A stretch of 63,400 nt of DNA, the filler included, from Choristocarpus tenellus KU-1152 (lineage: Eukaryota > Protista > Phaeophyceae): the NCBI GenBank assembly GCA_964200185.2. It is 10 parts of 10 records of this genome, joined end to end, with 100 filler letters (N's around TTAATTAATTAA, not from the genome) between each part and the next. Parts side by side here need not be neighbours in the genome. Positions count along the whole stretch, not along the records: positions 36,001 to 42,235 come from CAXNAD020008609.1; positions 42,336 to 47,583 come from CAXNAD020011358.1; positions 47,684 to 50,228 come from CAXNAD020026896.1; positions 50,329 to 57,320 come from CAXNAD020006913.1; 6 more parts are not named here. One strand, written 5' to 3'. Positions 40,694 to 53,300 of the stretch are shown in pieces. The first letter of the stretch is position 1. Every line of letters starts with the position of its first letter. A model generated the notes under the pieces. That model was not told where the DNA came from. It did no database searches and saw only the letters and a program-made list of their open reading frames with translations. A program made the position numbers and the translations under genes.

Positions 40694-42235
40694 ATCCCTC
40701 TATCCCACTCGTCTGAGCTATTAAGGTTTAGGACAGAATAGGGCATCTCTTGTCATTTTTTGATGTTCCTGCTGCAGCGTGGAGCCGCACAACTCTCTCA
40801 CAACCCCCATGGCAAGCGCCCACGGCCCGTCTTCCCTAGCACAGCGTCTACCATCTTGGGGAAAAGAATTGCGAGCTGTCCGACGAAGGTCAGACCACAC
40901 TCGCTCTGTGTCACGCATTGGCTCTTCCTCCAGGTCACAAGGGGCTGGCTCCCTAGGGGTGTGGGGTCTAAATTGGCAAAAGAGTTTGGAATGGGAGAGG
41001 GACACCCTGGACGGGTGTGGGCGCGCATCAAAAGAACAGTTAGACAGAGGGAATACTGCCTCCCTGAAATCGCAAGCACAATTCAGATGGCAGTAGGACT
41101 TTATGCCAACGAAACAAGCGAAGACCCGGGAAATCAACGCCAGTGATCGCATTCTGATTATCGACCAACTTCTTGCCAAGCTCGCCGAACCGGGCCTCGT
41201 GGTGGGCAGCAGCTCAAAGCTTCACCGCTGACCCAAAGCCATGGGGGCAACGAGGCTTCAACACTGCGTCACCATTAGCCTTTCCTTTTCTCGCAAGTAG
41301 AGTAGGGTGAACTTCATCCTCGGCCAGACCTTCCGCGACCGCAAAACCTGCAGGACTGGCCTCAAACGCCACTCGCATCGATGAGGTGTAGTTCTACCTC
41401 ATCTGTGAACGAGAGATGGTGCGCACGTTCCCGGGGGAGGAAAAGGTGGGCTCGATGAAGGGGCTCAAAGTATCGGGGGGGGGGGGGGGGCGGCTGTCCA
41501 TTTGGGACCAATTTTTTCGTGTCGCGATTTTGTGTGTGATTTGGTTCCATACGTTGGATGGATAATGAAAGTGCACTTTTCCTGGTTTTGGCCCAAATGG
41601 AAACTCTGGTGTAGACCCTCCCCCCCCCCCCCCCCCCAGATACTTTGGGTCAGGGTCACATTCCCAAAGTGATGTTCATCTCCACCGTTTTGCACCCGGA
41701 TTCTTCCCATGGTTTCTACAGCAAGATTGGGACCTCTGGTGGGTTTGCATTGTGAAGGAGGCGTAATGGACTACAGAGTGGCACACGAGGAAAAAAGTGC
41801 CGTGTCTGGAATCGGGGGGAACCTCCATAGAGCAGGGATGGATGGCGGCATGGCCCCTCATACGGGCAAGGGCACAGTGCAGAAGTTGAAGACAGCAGGG
41901 ATGGAGAAGGGATGGAGCATTAAGCTCATGACACAGCGAGCGCAGTCACCGGATCTCAACATCAATGATTTGGGGGGGGGTTGCATCTGTGAATAGCAGG
42001 GTTTGGGCGGAGCATTGTGGCATCATTGATGAAGTTGTAGAGGGGTTTTCAAGTGTGTTCCATGCGTATGACGAAGACATGGTCGAGAGGGAGCGGCAGA
42101 GTCTGTTTAAGAGGTACATTCAGGTGTTGAGTGCGCTGGGGGGGGGGGCGATTTCAATGTAGAGCACACCGGGACCAAAAGAAGGCAGGGGGAGGGTGGG
42201 TTGGCTAGATCAGTCAAAGTAGACAGCGGCATTCG
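40694..42235 (+). mobile_element. Plant-mariner-type transposon relic (subfamily 2-like), cut by the contig end
   Basis: TA followed by TIR-like ATCCCTCTATCCCA; HIPKVMFI, PHTGKG..GWSIKLMTQRAQSPDLNINDLG. Confidence 0.85.
41462..41651 (+). mobile_element. MITE family B (3-bp TSD AGG)
   Basis: GGCTCAAAGTATCG(G)n ... (C)nAGATACTTTGGGTC. Confidence 0.88.
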
Positions 42236-42335
42236 NNNNNNNNNNNNNNNNNNNNNNNNNNNNNNNNNNNNNNNNNNNNTTAATTAATTAANNNNNNNNN
42301 NNNNNNNNNNNNNNNNNNNNNNNNNNNNNNNNNNN

Positions 42336-43901
42336 CCAGCGTGTTTTTTCCCGTATGGGAGGTCGTTCTATCCTGCTGTGCAACCTCCTCATCCTCCAAC
42401 CATGGCATTTTCCGTTCAATTAGGGGGGGAAAGTTTCCATGTACCATTGAGTCAAACGATCTTAGAGGGTAGAGCCGTGTCCGTTTGACGTCTAAACCCA
42501 ATGTTGCCATTTTGATGCAATTTTGGATATCATGTTTTTTAGGAAGTGTCAATATTCTTGTTCTGGACACACCTTTTCATAACGTACACATTTTACCTAC
42601 TTCGAAACATTTTGGAGTAGGAAAATATCATAAAAAACGTGGGAAGCCAAGCCCCAAACGGATAAACAGGGCAAAACTCATACCCTCTAAGCTACTTCCA
42701 CTCGCTTGCGGTACCACTCAGCATCAATGGTCACATCGAAATTTTACTGCTGCCCCCTCTCACAGTGGGCCGATTTTCTCTGCTCCTCCTTGATGAAGCA
42801 AACACGCCAGATTGCGATCTTGCCGTCGAAATCGCAGGAAGGATCTGACCGTGAAACGGTGCAGACAAACATCACCTTAGGAATGTGACTCTTGCACTGT
42901 ACCTTGGTGGAACCCACCCTTTCCTCCCTCCTGAGGAAGATGCTGACATGCTCCGCGTGGCGGATGAGTTAGAACCATGCTTTGTTAACATGAACCTCGT
43001 TGAGACTACTTCTGCAAATAATGTGTTTCCCTGCTGCTTGGCCAAGGATGAAACCTACCCGGTTCTTTTGATCTGTCAGCAAAAGCCTTGGGGTGTTGCA
43101 CCGTTTCACCTTTGTTGTGCCCATCACGTTGAGCCATCACTGAAGCTTTGAGCCACCGACTACGAGACCGACCTTGACTAGCTTGACAGACAGGCGATCG
43201 AGGGTCAGGGTTCGATTTGCGGCGTTGATCTTTTGAATCTTCACATGCTTTATTAGTGTGAATTCCAATGGCTTCCCACTCCGTGATGTTGATTTCAACC
43301 AAAGTGTGTTGTCATTGTCCGATTGTTCTTGTACACACGCCCTCAGTTGTCTCAGATACTGTTTGCCAACTCCAAAACTACTCTGCCAACTCTGGTCCAA
43401 CACCTTTTGGAAGTCGTTTCTTACCGGGAGGTAGCACAATAGCGTAGCATATGGACTGCGCATTTTGACCTTCCTTGCTCAGCTCGCAATTTTCCCCCCA
43501 GGCCAAAGAAAGGGTTTCCGCTGAAAGACAACGGACTCGCCAAAGTGGCCACATTGGCTACAGGACTCACATTGCAGATGGTTCAAATGCTAGGCAACAG
43601 TCGTACAGCTCTTGACGAGGTGCTGAGAGGTTGTGTGAAGATGGGGGGGGGTTATACCCGCAGTTTGGTGCAGAGTAGCTACTCAAAGAGGGGCTGAAAA
43701 GGACTGTTTTTTCAGTCTCACTTCTCGGAACAGATTCAGAACTATTTCGGAACAAAATGCGGAAACCAAAAATCCCCTCAAAAAATTATATCCAGAGGTT
43801 CGATTTGAGCATCACTGGAACGTCTTCATATTTGTGAAGAAACAACCAAAACAAAAAGCGAAAACTCGTAACGCCACCGACTTATTATGGGAAAGAGGGA
43901 G
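42336..43901 (-). mobile_element. Plant-mariner-type transposon relic (subfamily 2) with a Stowaway-type TIR
   Basis: End reads TA-CTCCCTCTTTCCCATAATAAG on the minus strand; homologous to 21863-24229; HIPKVMFV..RSDPSCDFDGKIAIW, KMPWL..QQD. Confidence 0.9.
42449..42703 (-). mobile_element. MITE family A inserted in a mariner transposase
   Basis: Reverse-orientation family A copy with both TIRs. Confidence 0.88.
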
Positions 43902-44025
43902 TATCATCATCAATATTAATGCTACACCACCTACTATCTAGATGTTCGGTATCTAGATATTCGACTTTTTCTGAGAAAAGAGACTACTACTACTACTACT
44001 ACTACTAGTAGTAATGATAAACTCA

Positions 44026-44293
44026 GAGTCAAAGTATCTTAGAGGGTAGAGTTGTGTCCATTTGGGAGTCAAAATCCAATGTTGCAATTTGATGCAATTT
44101 CGGCTATTATTATCGTGTTTGTTAGGAAGTGTCATTATCCTTGTTCCGGACACACCTTTTCATAGCGAATACATCTTACCTACTCCAGAACATTTTGGAC
44201 TAGGAAAATGTCATAAAAAAATCCCGTGGAAGGCCAAACCCCAAATAATGGACAAACGGGGCAAAACTCGTACCATCTAAGATACTTTCACTC
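44026..44293 (-). mobile_element. MITE family A (TSD TCA, or CTCA if one base was lost)
   Basis: GAGTCAAAGTATCTTAGAGGGTA ... TACCATCTAAGATACTTTCACTC. Confidence 0.9.
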
Positions 44294-46150
44294 TCATACA
44301 GCATGGTATATGCATGCCTGTTGTGTACTGGATACTAAACACAAACTCAACAGGAGGAATCAACAACCAGACCAAACCACAAGCCCACCCAGAACAGCTC
44401 TCAATACTAACATGGTACTACAGGAGTAACATAGTTCCCCCCCTCACCCATAGACACAAACACACACACACACACATCTACCATGTTGGGCATGTACTTG
44501 TCAAGAAGACTTGACAAATGACTGTCATTCGTAAATGGGATAGTTGCCACACTACTTACTCTGAATTGCTTTTTTGAAAGAGTAAAGGGGGGGTATGAGG
44601 AGGGTACTGTACAAAATACAAAACAAATATACACTTGGCTGTTGTAGGGCACATAATGATATTGTATCATAAACAACAATCTGAGTAATGATATTATCAT
44701 TGCCCTCTGTCCACTGCCTGTCTAGGAGGAGCATTCACCTACCTTCAGTCCACAACTATGACAAATAAAACCTTTGCATACTCTTCTTGCTTCTCCAATT
44801 TCACACTCTGCTCATGGCATCATGGAGTAAAATGTAGATAATACACTAGAAAACAAGAAAGAGTTCAAAACCAACCCAAGGGGTCATGAATTCCGAGATG
44901 TCGGTTGTAAACAAAACCGCTATCTATAACAAAATATTAGTGCCAGTAGTTCAAGATCGAATCGTAAACTTCAATTACTGTACTTAATATTGAGCCGGAA
45001 GGCCAAGGCAGATATACATCACAGCCCTTCACCCTTCCTTCACCAGATAGCGAACTTCCTAGCAAATTGTACATGCTTGTTCTTGTAACGATGAAGAAGG
45101 GCACATTTCCCACCGGAATACTCACCTAAAGTTGGGCAAAAAGATCAAATCTGCTGTATTTGTATGCCCACAATGAATCTGTTTTTAACAATCAAATCAA
45201 ACGTAATATTTAACATCGGTTTTATTTGACATGCCGCCGACTACCCCCCAAAAATCCCAACTTCTTAGTTGGCGGAGAGGTTAGGACATTACGATACATA
45301 TCACCAACAGTGGCAACAATTTCAATGTTATCAAACATGGTTTCTTGTGAAGCCACAATCATTACTAATATTCACATGATTCTGATGGGTCCAAAACCCA
45401 TGGTCAAAGGTAGTCAAGAGGAGAAGCAGTAACACAATAATACTTGACAAACATAATACACAACTACACACAACACAAAATGAACAAAGACAAAAGGACA
45501 ACTCTATACAGTTTTTTACGCCCATACGATACCACAAGCTAACCCTACCCCTGGCTTAAACCACTGCTACCGACCCAATCACACAACGGCAGATTGACTT
45601 TTCAGCACCCTTATCATGAAACAAGGAGCACTATATAGCACTTTCAAAGTCGAATCAATAATTCTCTACTCTACACACTACCTTGCAACAAAGATGCTGA
45701 TACCATTCTGCCATTACACCCCCTCAAAATCATACCCTCAGCAGCTTTGGCTCACCGAAAACACATGGGACTATCATGGCAACATGCTCATCCCGAATGC
45801 TACCCAACATAAAACCAACCACACATTTCCTCCTCCAGCTGCCTATCAAACTTCTGGCCAATAGATTATCAGAGAAATTTCTCCGATGCAACAACAGGAC
45901 CACACCACATAAAAAAACTACAGCATTACCCCAGGTGAAGGATACATAATTCACCACCACCAAAAACAACCAAGACAACACAAGAGGCCGTAACAGCACA
46001 ACAACAGCAACACATCAGCAAACTCAAGGGTGAAGCCCTTGAATATACCAACACTCCATCTGCCATGCCTCCCAACACCACCACTCTCCCCAAAACATCC
46101 CATCCACCATCACACAAACTCCACTGGCCACAGCTTTGTGGACGCTATAG

Positions 46151-46405
46151 TCATCGACTGGTTTCTTCCCCTGTAATCCACAGTGATGTGTTCATGCATG
46201 CGCTGGCCATGACCTCATACTTAGGACTGCAACACACCCGCCCCACCGATGCTACATGCCCTCTGAGTACAGTTGCAAGGTTGCCATCGTGAACATCCCA
46301 CACGTAAATTCCGCTATCTTCAGACCCCGACAGGACATATCGTGTGTCGGGGGTGAAGCAGGCGTCCAACTCAGACCCATTGTCATTGGTGTGCCCAGTA
46401 AAGAC
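46151..46405 (-). CDS. WDR82: WD40 protein, WDR82/Swd2-like, terminal exon
   Basis: VFTGHTN..LDACFTPDTRYVLSGSEDSGIYVW..SPKYEVMASACMNTSLW* resembles the WDR82 C-terminus (EASFTPD..GSEDG..NPK..ASACSNMAFW); AG acceptor at 46407-46406. Confidence 0.8.
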   Translation of the reverse strand, partial: VFTGHTNDNGSELDACFTPDTRYVLSGSEDSGIYVWDVHDGNLATVLRGHVASVGRVCCSPKYEVMASACMNTSLWITGEETSR

Positions 46406-48321
46406 CTATATTTGTGTTCCATGAGGAACAATGTGCACAGCATGCAAGCACAGAGGGGTTGAAGAGAACAAGACACTATTGCTGCAGCTGAGTATGTACT
46501 ATGTATGTATGTAGTATACGCCATTGTGTGGAACAGTTTGTGGCATGTAAGCATACAGGGGCTGGAGGCAAGGAGACACTGTAACTGTCACAGGATGTAT
46601 GCGTAATGTATGAACCATTGAGGTAACATTGAATATTCAACATTTCATCTCCTCCACATGGCATCATAGAATTTCTACCGCCTATTACCAGGTTTTACTG
46701 ATCCAGTGGTACAGGAACATCAACAGGAATGAAGACTTCGGTATGATAGAGCAAGAGCGAAAAATGAGGCTCCTTTTAGATACGAGAGACATGCCCAGGG
46801 CAGACCTGACATGTTAGAGCTATTATCATTCACAGCCATTCACACAGGCAAATCAATATGCCAACTGACAGTCAGATAGCAGCCAAGGTGGACACACTGT
46901 AGCAGTGACTCAGTACCATCACCTTGTTGCATGGATAGTGCCAATCATCTCAAGGCTCCAGTCAAACCGAAGGTTGACCAGCAGTCCATTCAAGAGCTAA
47001 AAGATTTCAGCTGGCTCATTCCATCCTTTGGACACCTTCCACACTTCTTAGATCTACTCTCAAGTATTCAGTATTGCAACGCTCAACACCCTTCTGTGAA
47101 TAGTTTTCATCCAAGTTGATCCAGCAGCACGATCATTTCATCACAACAACAAAAAACGTTATCACCTGGCATACACTCTGACTGAGGAAAAAACAGACAA
47201 GCTTTTTACCAACTCCTAAAGAGGTCAACAATTCATTCGAAATTCCACACAGTATAATCCATGACGTACTAAAACCTTCTCATCGGACGGTCTACACATG
47301 TGTCCTCAAAGGTCTCACAAAACCACACCAATTGACATTGAGGGCTCCCGCATTCATCTCACACTACTGGTGCTGTGCACAAAAAAATCGAAACGGATGC
47401 TAACAAAATACAAAGGATCACCAACACCACGTCACAATTGTTCATCCCAAGAAAATGATCCAGCGGCTTCAAAACGTGTATCTTTTGGGGGGTCAGACAA
47501 CCAATTCAGCAGATATGTCATTGTTTCCACCCTTCGACCTTGCAAACGAGAAATACAGTGGGGGGGGGGGGGGGGATTTCCTCNNNNNNNNNNNNNNNNN
47601 NNNNNNNNNNNNNNNNNNNNNNNNNNNTTAATTAATTAANNNNNNNNNNNNNNNNNNNNNNNNNNNNNNNNNNNNNNNNNNNNCCAACAAACCATGGAAC
47701 TCTTTAGACATGGCCTCTTCCCATACCGACCAGTATTCAGACTTTTAAGCCTCGGCAAAAGATTGAGGGACTGGTCCCAACTCAGAAACAAGACGACCAT
47801 GAAGGGGGGTACTCATCAACACAGAGTCAGGGGTGGGCTGTACAGCCAAGGCATAAGCACATGTTTCCTGTCTACACTAGCAATAAGAGACGAGCCAAAG
47901 TATCTTCGATGGTTCGCGGGCTGGATTGGGAAGAAAATTTTCCAGCTGGCGAGCTGCAGTATGGGCTGCTGTTGGATCAGCACCTGCCTGAGGCAATTGC
48001 TGTGAACTCAGGGATGATGAGGCATATCATACACTCCCTTCAAAATCTCGGGTAGTGTCTCTGGACAGACTCATGTCAACCTGACCTCCCTCCTCATCAC
48101 AAATTGAAGGTTTGAGAGCAATCACGGATGGCATGAGAAATGAACTTTCCACAAATTGAGATCTAAACAAGTACTGCATCCTCCGTCACTGAGACTTATC
48201 TGTCATTATCTGGATTGGCCTTGACATCCACCCAGTCCAACATAACCTTCAATTCCTTCTCCTGTCCAGGTACCAATTACCATCAAACCAACTGCCTTGC
48301 CACTTCAACATTAATGACAGA

Positions 48322-48505
48322 GGGTTCAAGTATTTGGGGGGGAGGGGGTGACAGCTGTCCATTTGGGATCAATTTTCGCATGTAGTGATTTTTGGGTGAT
48401 TTTGGTGCATACATTGAGTGGATAATGTAAGTGCACCTTTCCTGATTTTGGCCCAAATGGACACCCTGGTGTAGACCGCCCCCACCCCCACAGATACACT
48501 GGGTC
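48322..48505 (+). mobile_element. MITE family B (3-bp TSD AGA)
   Basis: Homologous to 41462-41651. Confidence 0.85.
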
Positions 48506-49782
48506 AGAAATTCCGCACAATATCCGGATCACTCACTGTTGACCGCCAAAATGATGTAACGCCATCCATCCAATCCGAGAGTTCACTCAGGTTCATCCCT
48601 AGATTTGATGATTGAAAAACCTTTGGGCTATGCTCAAGCAACCCCCTCCGACAAAACTGGTGATTATGAACACTCCCCATCATTGATTCAACCCTGCCTC
48701 ATGACAGTGTTACTCACGCCAACAGTCTAAAGGGAAGTTCACCAAGTGGGAAGTTCTTGTCATGGCAGTATTAAAAAAACCCCGACCAAAGACAACTTCC
48801 GGTCTGACGATGCTAAGGCAACGCTCAACCTTCTCTAGGATACATTGGCAATTCTGGCAACTGATTTAGTTAAACACACCCCTTGGGAGACTCACATGAG
48901 CAAGAAAGGGAGGAGAACAATCCACTACAAAAATAGCACAAGTACTATTATTATTACAGTAATATTTTTAGTGAAAACCTCGCAAGAACATACAAACAGA
49001 AAACACAAAGATTACACAAACTAGGTCAAGATAGATTACACATGGCCATTACAATTACAGGCAGAGGAAAGGTTTGTGAAGTAAATGAAGAAGGAAAGAG
49101 GGATCAATGGTTACTACCATACATCATAAGTAAAACCCACAATCCATCCACAAGAACAACAAGACTACGAAAGTCGCAGGAGGACAACAAAACTGGCACC
49201 AGCACCACCAATACCTTCTGGAGGATGTACGTACTTGTGGTTATTTCATAGGCTCCGTGCGCAAATAGAAGTCGTGGATGGAGTTGATGACATCTCCTGT
49301 GGTAAATCATGGAGCTTAGATTCAGTTCGTTTCAGATTCAATCAAGCAGTAGACCTCCAGACTAGCTGGATGTGGAGGCGAGTCATCCTCCTCCTGTGGA
49401 TTTCTCTTGACATTTTGACCCCAAAGTCGGTATCCGTTGTTGTTGTTGTTGTTGTGGGATGCGGACATGTAGAAGTTCATCCTGTCGACCACCATATTCG
49501 CTGGTCAGGGCATTCACGAGAGGCGGTCATCTCTTGGGCACCTCACCCACTACTCTACTATTAACCAAGAAGAAAGGATGTCGTGAGAATGGAGTAGTCT
49601 ATATCGTACGTCCTAAGAAAGTAAAAGGCAAGTGGAGATTGTGATGAGAAGTCGATACGTCGATACGATACCGATAATATGGTACCAAAATATCGTATGG
49701 TGGTTCTAGCCTACACTCCAAAAGTTCTGATATATGTCGATCATCAACCCAAGGTAGTTCAAAGATCTAATGACATCATGGA

Positions 49783-49788
49783 TGACGT
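49783..49788 (+). promoter_or_regulatory. TGACGT bZIP/aureochrome-type motif upstream of LHCF
   Basis: About 240 bp upstream of the ATG, next to TGACAT and a TA-rich box at about 49804; a hexamer could occur by chance. Confidence 0.3.
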
Positions 49789-50022
49789 CGAAACAGATGT
49801 ATGTATATACATAAAAGTGTAGTAGTAAACTGAAAGGAATTGAAGAGATACAATAGATCGCATGAGATCCTGCTGCAAGTTGGAAGTTGCAATGATGATT
49901 GGAAATCGGAGGACCAAACAGGAGGAGGTCACCATCGACCCACCCTGTCTTGAAGATCACACAACACATCTTCCATACACCAGAGCAACTTTATCTACTC
50001 GCACAACTCAACCTCGAAGAAA

Positions 50023-50084
50023 ATGAAGTCTGCTGTCATGGCTGTTGCTTGCGCTACCGGCGCCCAGGCCTTCGTGGCCCTCAG
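50023..50084 (+). CDS. lhcf: Fucoxanthin-chlorophyll a/c binding protein (LHCF/fcp), first exon
   Basis: MKSAVMAVACATGAQAFVAL, nearly identical to brown algal fcp presequences, followed by an AG|GTTCGT donor; the rest lies beyond the contig end. Confidence 0.85.
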
Positions 50085-50328
50085 GTTCGTTTCGTTGAAC
50101 AGCGGTTTGCTGACTTGTGTGTAGCAATAGTTTTATCCTGCATCCTCGCCTCGCATGTTGTGGCTCGCCATTACCTTCCTCGTGCGAGATAGTCTCTTCT
50201 CACCGCATGCGATCTACGGATAATGTCGNNNNNNNNNNNNNNNNNNNNNNNNNNNNNNNNNNNNNNNNNNNNTTAATTAATTAANNNNNNNNNNNNNNNN
50301 NNNNNNNNNNNNNNNNNNNNNNNNNNNN

Positions 50329-53300
50329 CCCTCTCTCCATGCCCCTCTCTATGATCCCTGTGCTCACGATGTGTCTCACTCCTTGGCTTGGATGTCTGAT
50401 TATCCTTGGCGGGCTTGTTCCCACTACCGCCGCCACCACCCCTTGCTCGCCGGCTACTACCTTCTTCTCGGCCGTTATCTTTTGGTTTCCGGCGACTGGT
50501 TGACACCATCCACCCATCACTGTTTAGCTCATCAGAGATTGTCACAGCAGCTGGTGGTGTCTCAGACACCCCTTTATCGCCACCATTTTCTGTTCTCAAC
50601 TCCCCCTCTGCCATGTCTCCTACTGGCCTGCTCCCAGTAGCAGAAGACACATCGACAAACGTCCTACCTGGTGGCACCTCGCCAGGCATGAGGCTCTTAT
50701 CATCCTCACTGTCCTTACCTGCATCTTCAGACAATGCCTTTCCTTCCTCAGTGAAGGCCCCTGCCCTGACCACACCATTGGAGGTCTTACGATTGACGGA
50801 CTCGGACTCAACATCCACAAGGCCCTTCTTACGCCTGCGTCTTGACTTCTTACTTTTCCCTTTACCTTCTCCAGGACTGCCATCCCCGCTGCCACTACCA
50901 CCCCCGCCTGAGCCAGCCTCGCCATTCATGGCTTGAGATGGTGACCTCGCCAGGACTGCCCCTTTCCCTTCATCCCCAATGCCACTTACACCTGGCTCCC
51001 TCACCTCCTCAGTCACACCATCAGCACAGCTAGTCCTAATTCTCTCTACTGCCAGTCGCACAGCTGCACCATCATCCTGTGGAGTCATCCACGAGTGGGT
51101 ATTAGCTTAACCCCAACTGTTACATATGTTCACGTACGCAAGAACAAAATATGATTTTCTAAATGCGGTATCTCTACAAATACAGCATACTTCCAAATAT
51201 GAAAGCTGACTCCGTAGTAGCCTGGAACAGTCACAGTACAACACAACAATAGTAGTACAGTAGGATATTTATCATTCTTTGCAATTGGCCAAAATCTCAA
51301 TGTTGAAATGCTTTTCCAAAAAACCTTGGGATTCCCCAAGGTGTTTTCTGGAACAGGTCCAAATAATCATCCCAGCATGGTCCTTCCTGGGGTCGTAAGA
51401 GGCAGCAGATGTCTCATACAGCATGAGGCAATACACATGCACCATGCGAGCAACATGACAAAAAGTCTTAAAAAAACGCATTGAGGTCTACAAAGATAGA
51501 TTACTTAAGTCTTGGCCTATGACGCTTGGCGTCTGGGATAAAGGTACTAACATAAATGCTTTTGGAAACACATCATGATGTGGCACAGGATTATAGCCCC
51601 TCGCATAGACTGCCACAAAATATTGGTTACCTTAGAGGGAACCAAAAGATCCACTCGCCTCACTAGACTGACACAGGTACATGTGTCACACCATATGCAA
51701 GCAATACTGCACAGACTGTAAAGGAATGTTCCAAGCAATAGACACACACATGCATCAAACAAAGAGCAAGTCTGACAGACCTTGTAGCACCAGGATACCG
51801 GTGTGAACAGCAAATCTCTCATATCATCGTGTGAATCTGCCCCTATTTGTTCCCCCTGACTATCACTGCTAGTCTTCCCTCCTGCTGCACGCCGTGATGC
51901 TGCAGCCTGAGCCTCTGGGAGACCCTCAAGCAGCCACAATCGATCTGTAAGAGGGAGCATCTTCCAGTATCTAGATAGCTTGGATACCTCCTCCAGCAAG
52001 GCTGACAGCTTGGTGCATCCTGTTGATGTACTGGAAGGAAAAGAGAAGAGACTGAGCATGCAAGCACAAGGATATCACAATAATATGCCAGCCTGAAGAC
52101 AAAATCTCAAAAATTGTAGCAAAAGTATTCATGTATGTATGAAGGGGATATTAAATTCGAGCTGGGAGGATACTAATCGACACCAGTCTGCCAAAACAAC
52201 AGTAAAAAAAATTGCAAAAAAAAAAAGCTCGTGCATTTATACACTCACGTTTCGAATAGGGTATACTAAGGGACGTTTAGAGAGAGGCTCCCAGAGGTTT
52301 AAGTATATACCATACATTCATGTACCACTATTGTATCATTCTACTGGGAGAAAAGATGCAAGACCTTGGGACACATTTTGATTGCAATTCAAAACGCTCC
52401 CCCAGAAAAAAAATCACAACCTCAACTATTGAATTTGAAAAAGGAAAAAAAAGGTCAACGATTGCCTCATACTATGCAAGGGTATAAAAAAAAGAACAAA
52501 ACAATAGCAGGGTAGGGTACAGCTTCAAGACACATTACACAGTAACCTCTTCGCAACATACACCTCCTAGTTCTTGAAAGCTCACCCGGTAGTGCTAGAC
52601 CTCATTGATCGACTTCTTTTCCAGTAACTTCCCCATAAGCTGAGTTCCAGGCGGTTTGCCAACAAGTCTCCAAGAGTTGCTCCAGGTACCTTGGACGCCA
52701 GCCAGGTCGTTTCATGCAGTGGGGCTGCTGCTGGCTGCAATGCCGCCCTCCGAGCGTCTGATTCAGCCAACGGGCGGCTCAAGAATCCTCCCCTTTCCCG
52801 GCCTACACCGTTGCCCCCATGGCCATCCCTGCCCCCAAAATTGCCCCAAGACGAGCAGAGCTGGAGAGAAGCCAAAAGCTGGTGTGGTTCAGAAAGCTCC
52901 TCCTCACTGAGGGTAAGTGTGTCCGACAGACAACCACCACCAGAAACTTTCCTAGCAACACAACACAGACGCACAGCTTCCTGTAAGCGCTCTACTGCCC
53001 TTAGCACTGAATCTGGATCCACCTCACCTTCTCCTTCGTCTTCGCCCCCAAATGCATCCCTCTCCCTCCCCTTCACCCCGCCTTGCGAACCTGCTCCTGT
53101 TTTCACCTCCACTGCCTCTGCTGCTTCGTCCGTTTCTCCAGGCTTCCCACTAGAGCTATGTTTTGTCCCTCTTCGCTGTGATACTGTTTTTCCCACAGAA
53201 GTTGAACATACGTCTGGCACTAGCTGTTGTGCCACAAATCTTGCCTTTACCTCTACACTACCCCCCCTCGAAGACTGGGCTTTGCTCTCCTTACCTCCTC

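Noticed and set aside
44937-45430. Possible snRNA (Sm-like GATTTTTGG) or exon
   Set aside because: No match to conserved U-snRNA sequences and no convincing reading frame.
47684-48300. Coding-like decayed sequence with an isolated TIR fragment GAGCCAAAGTATCTT at about 47892
   Set aside because: No recognisable motifs and no partner TIR.
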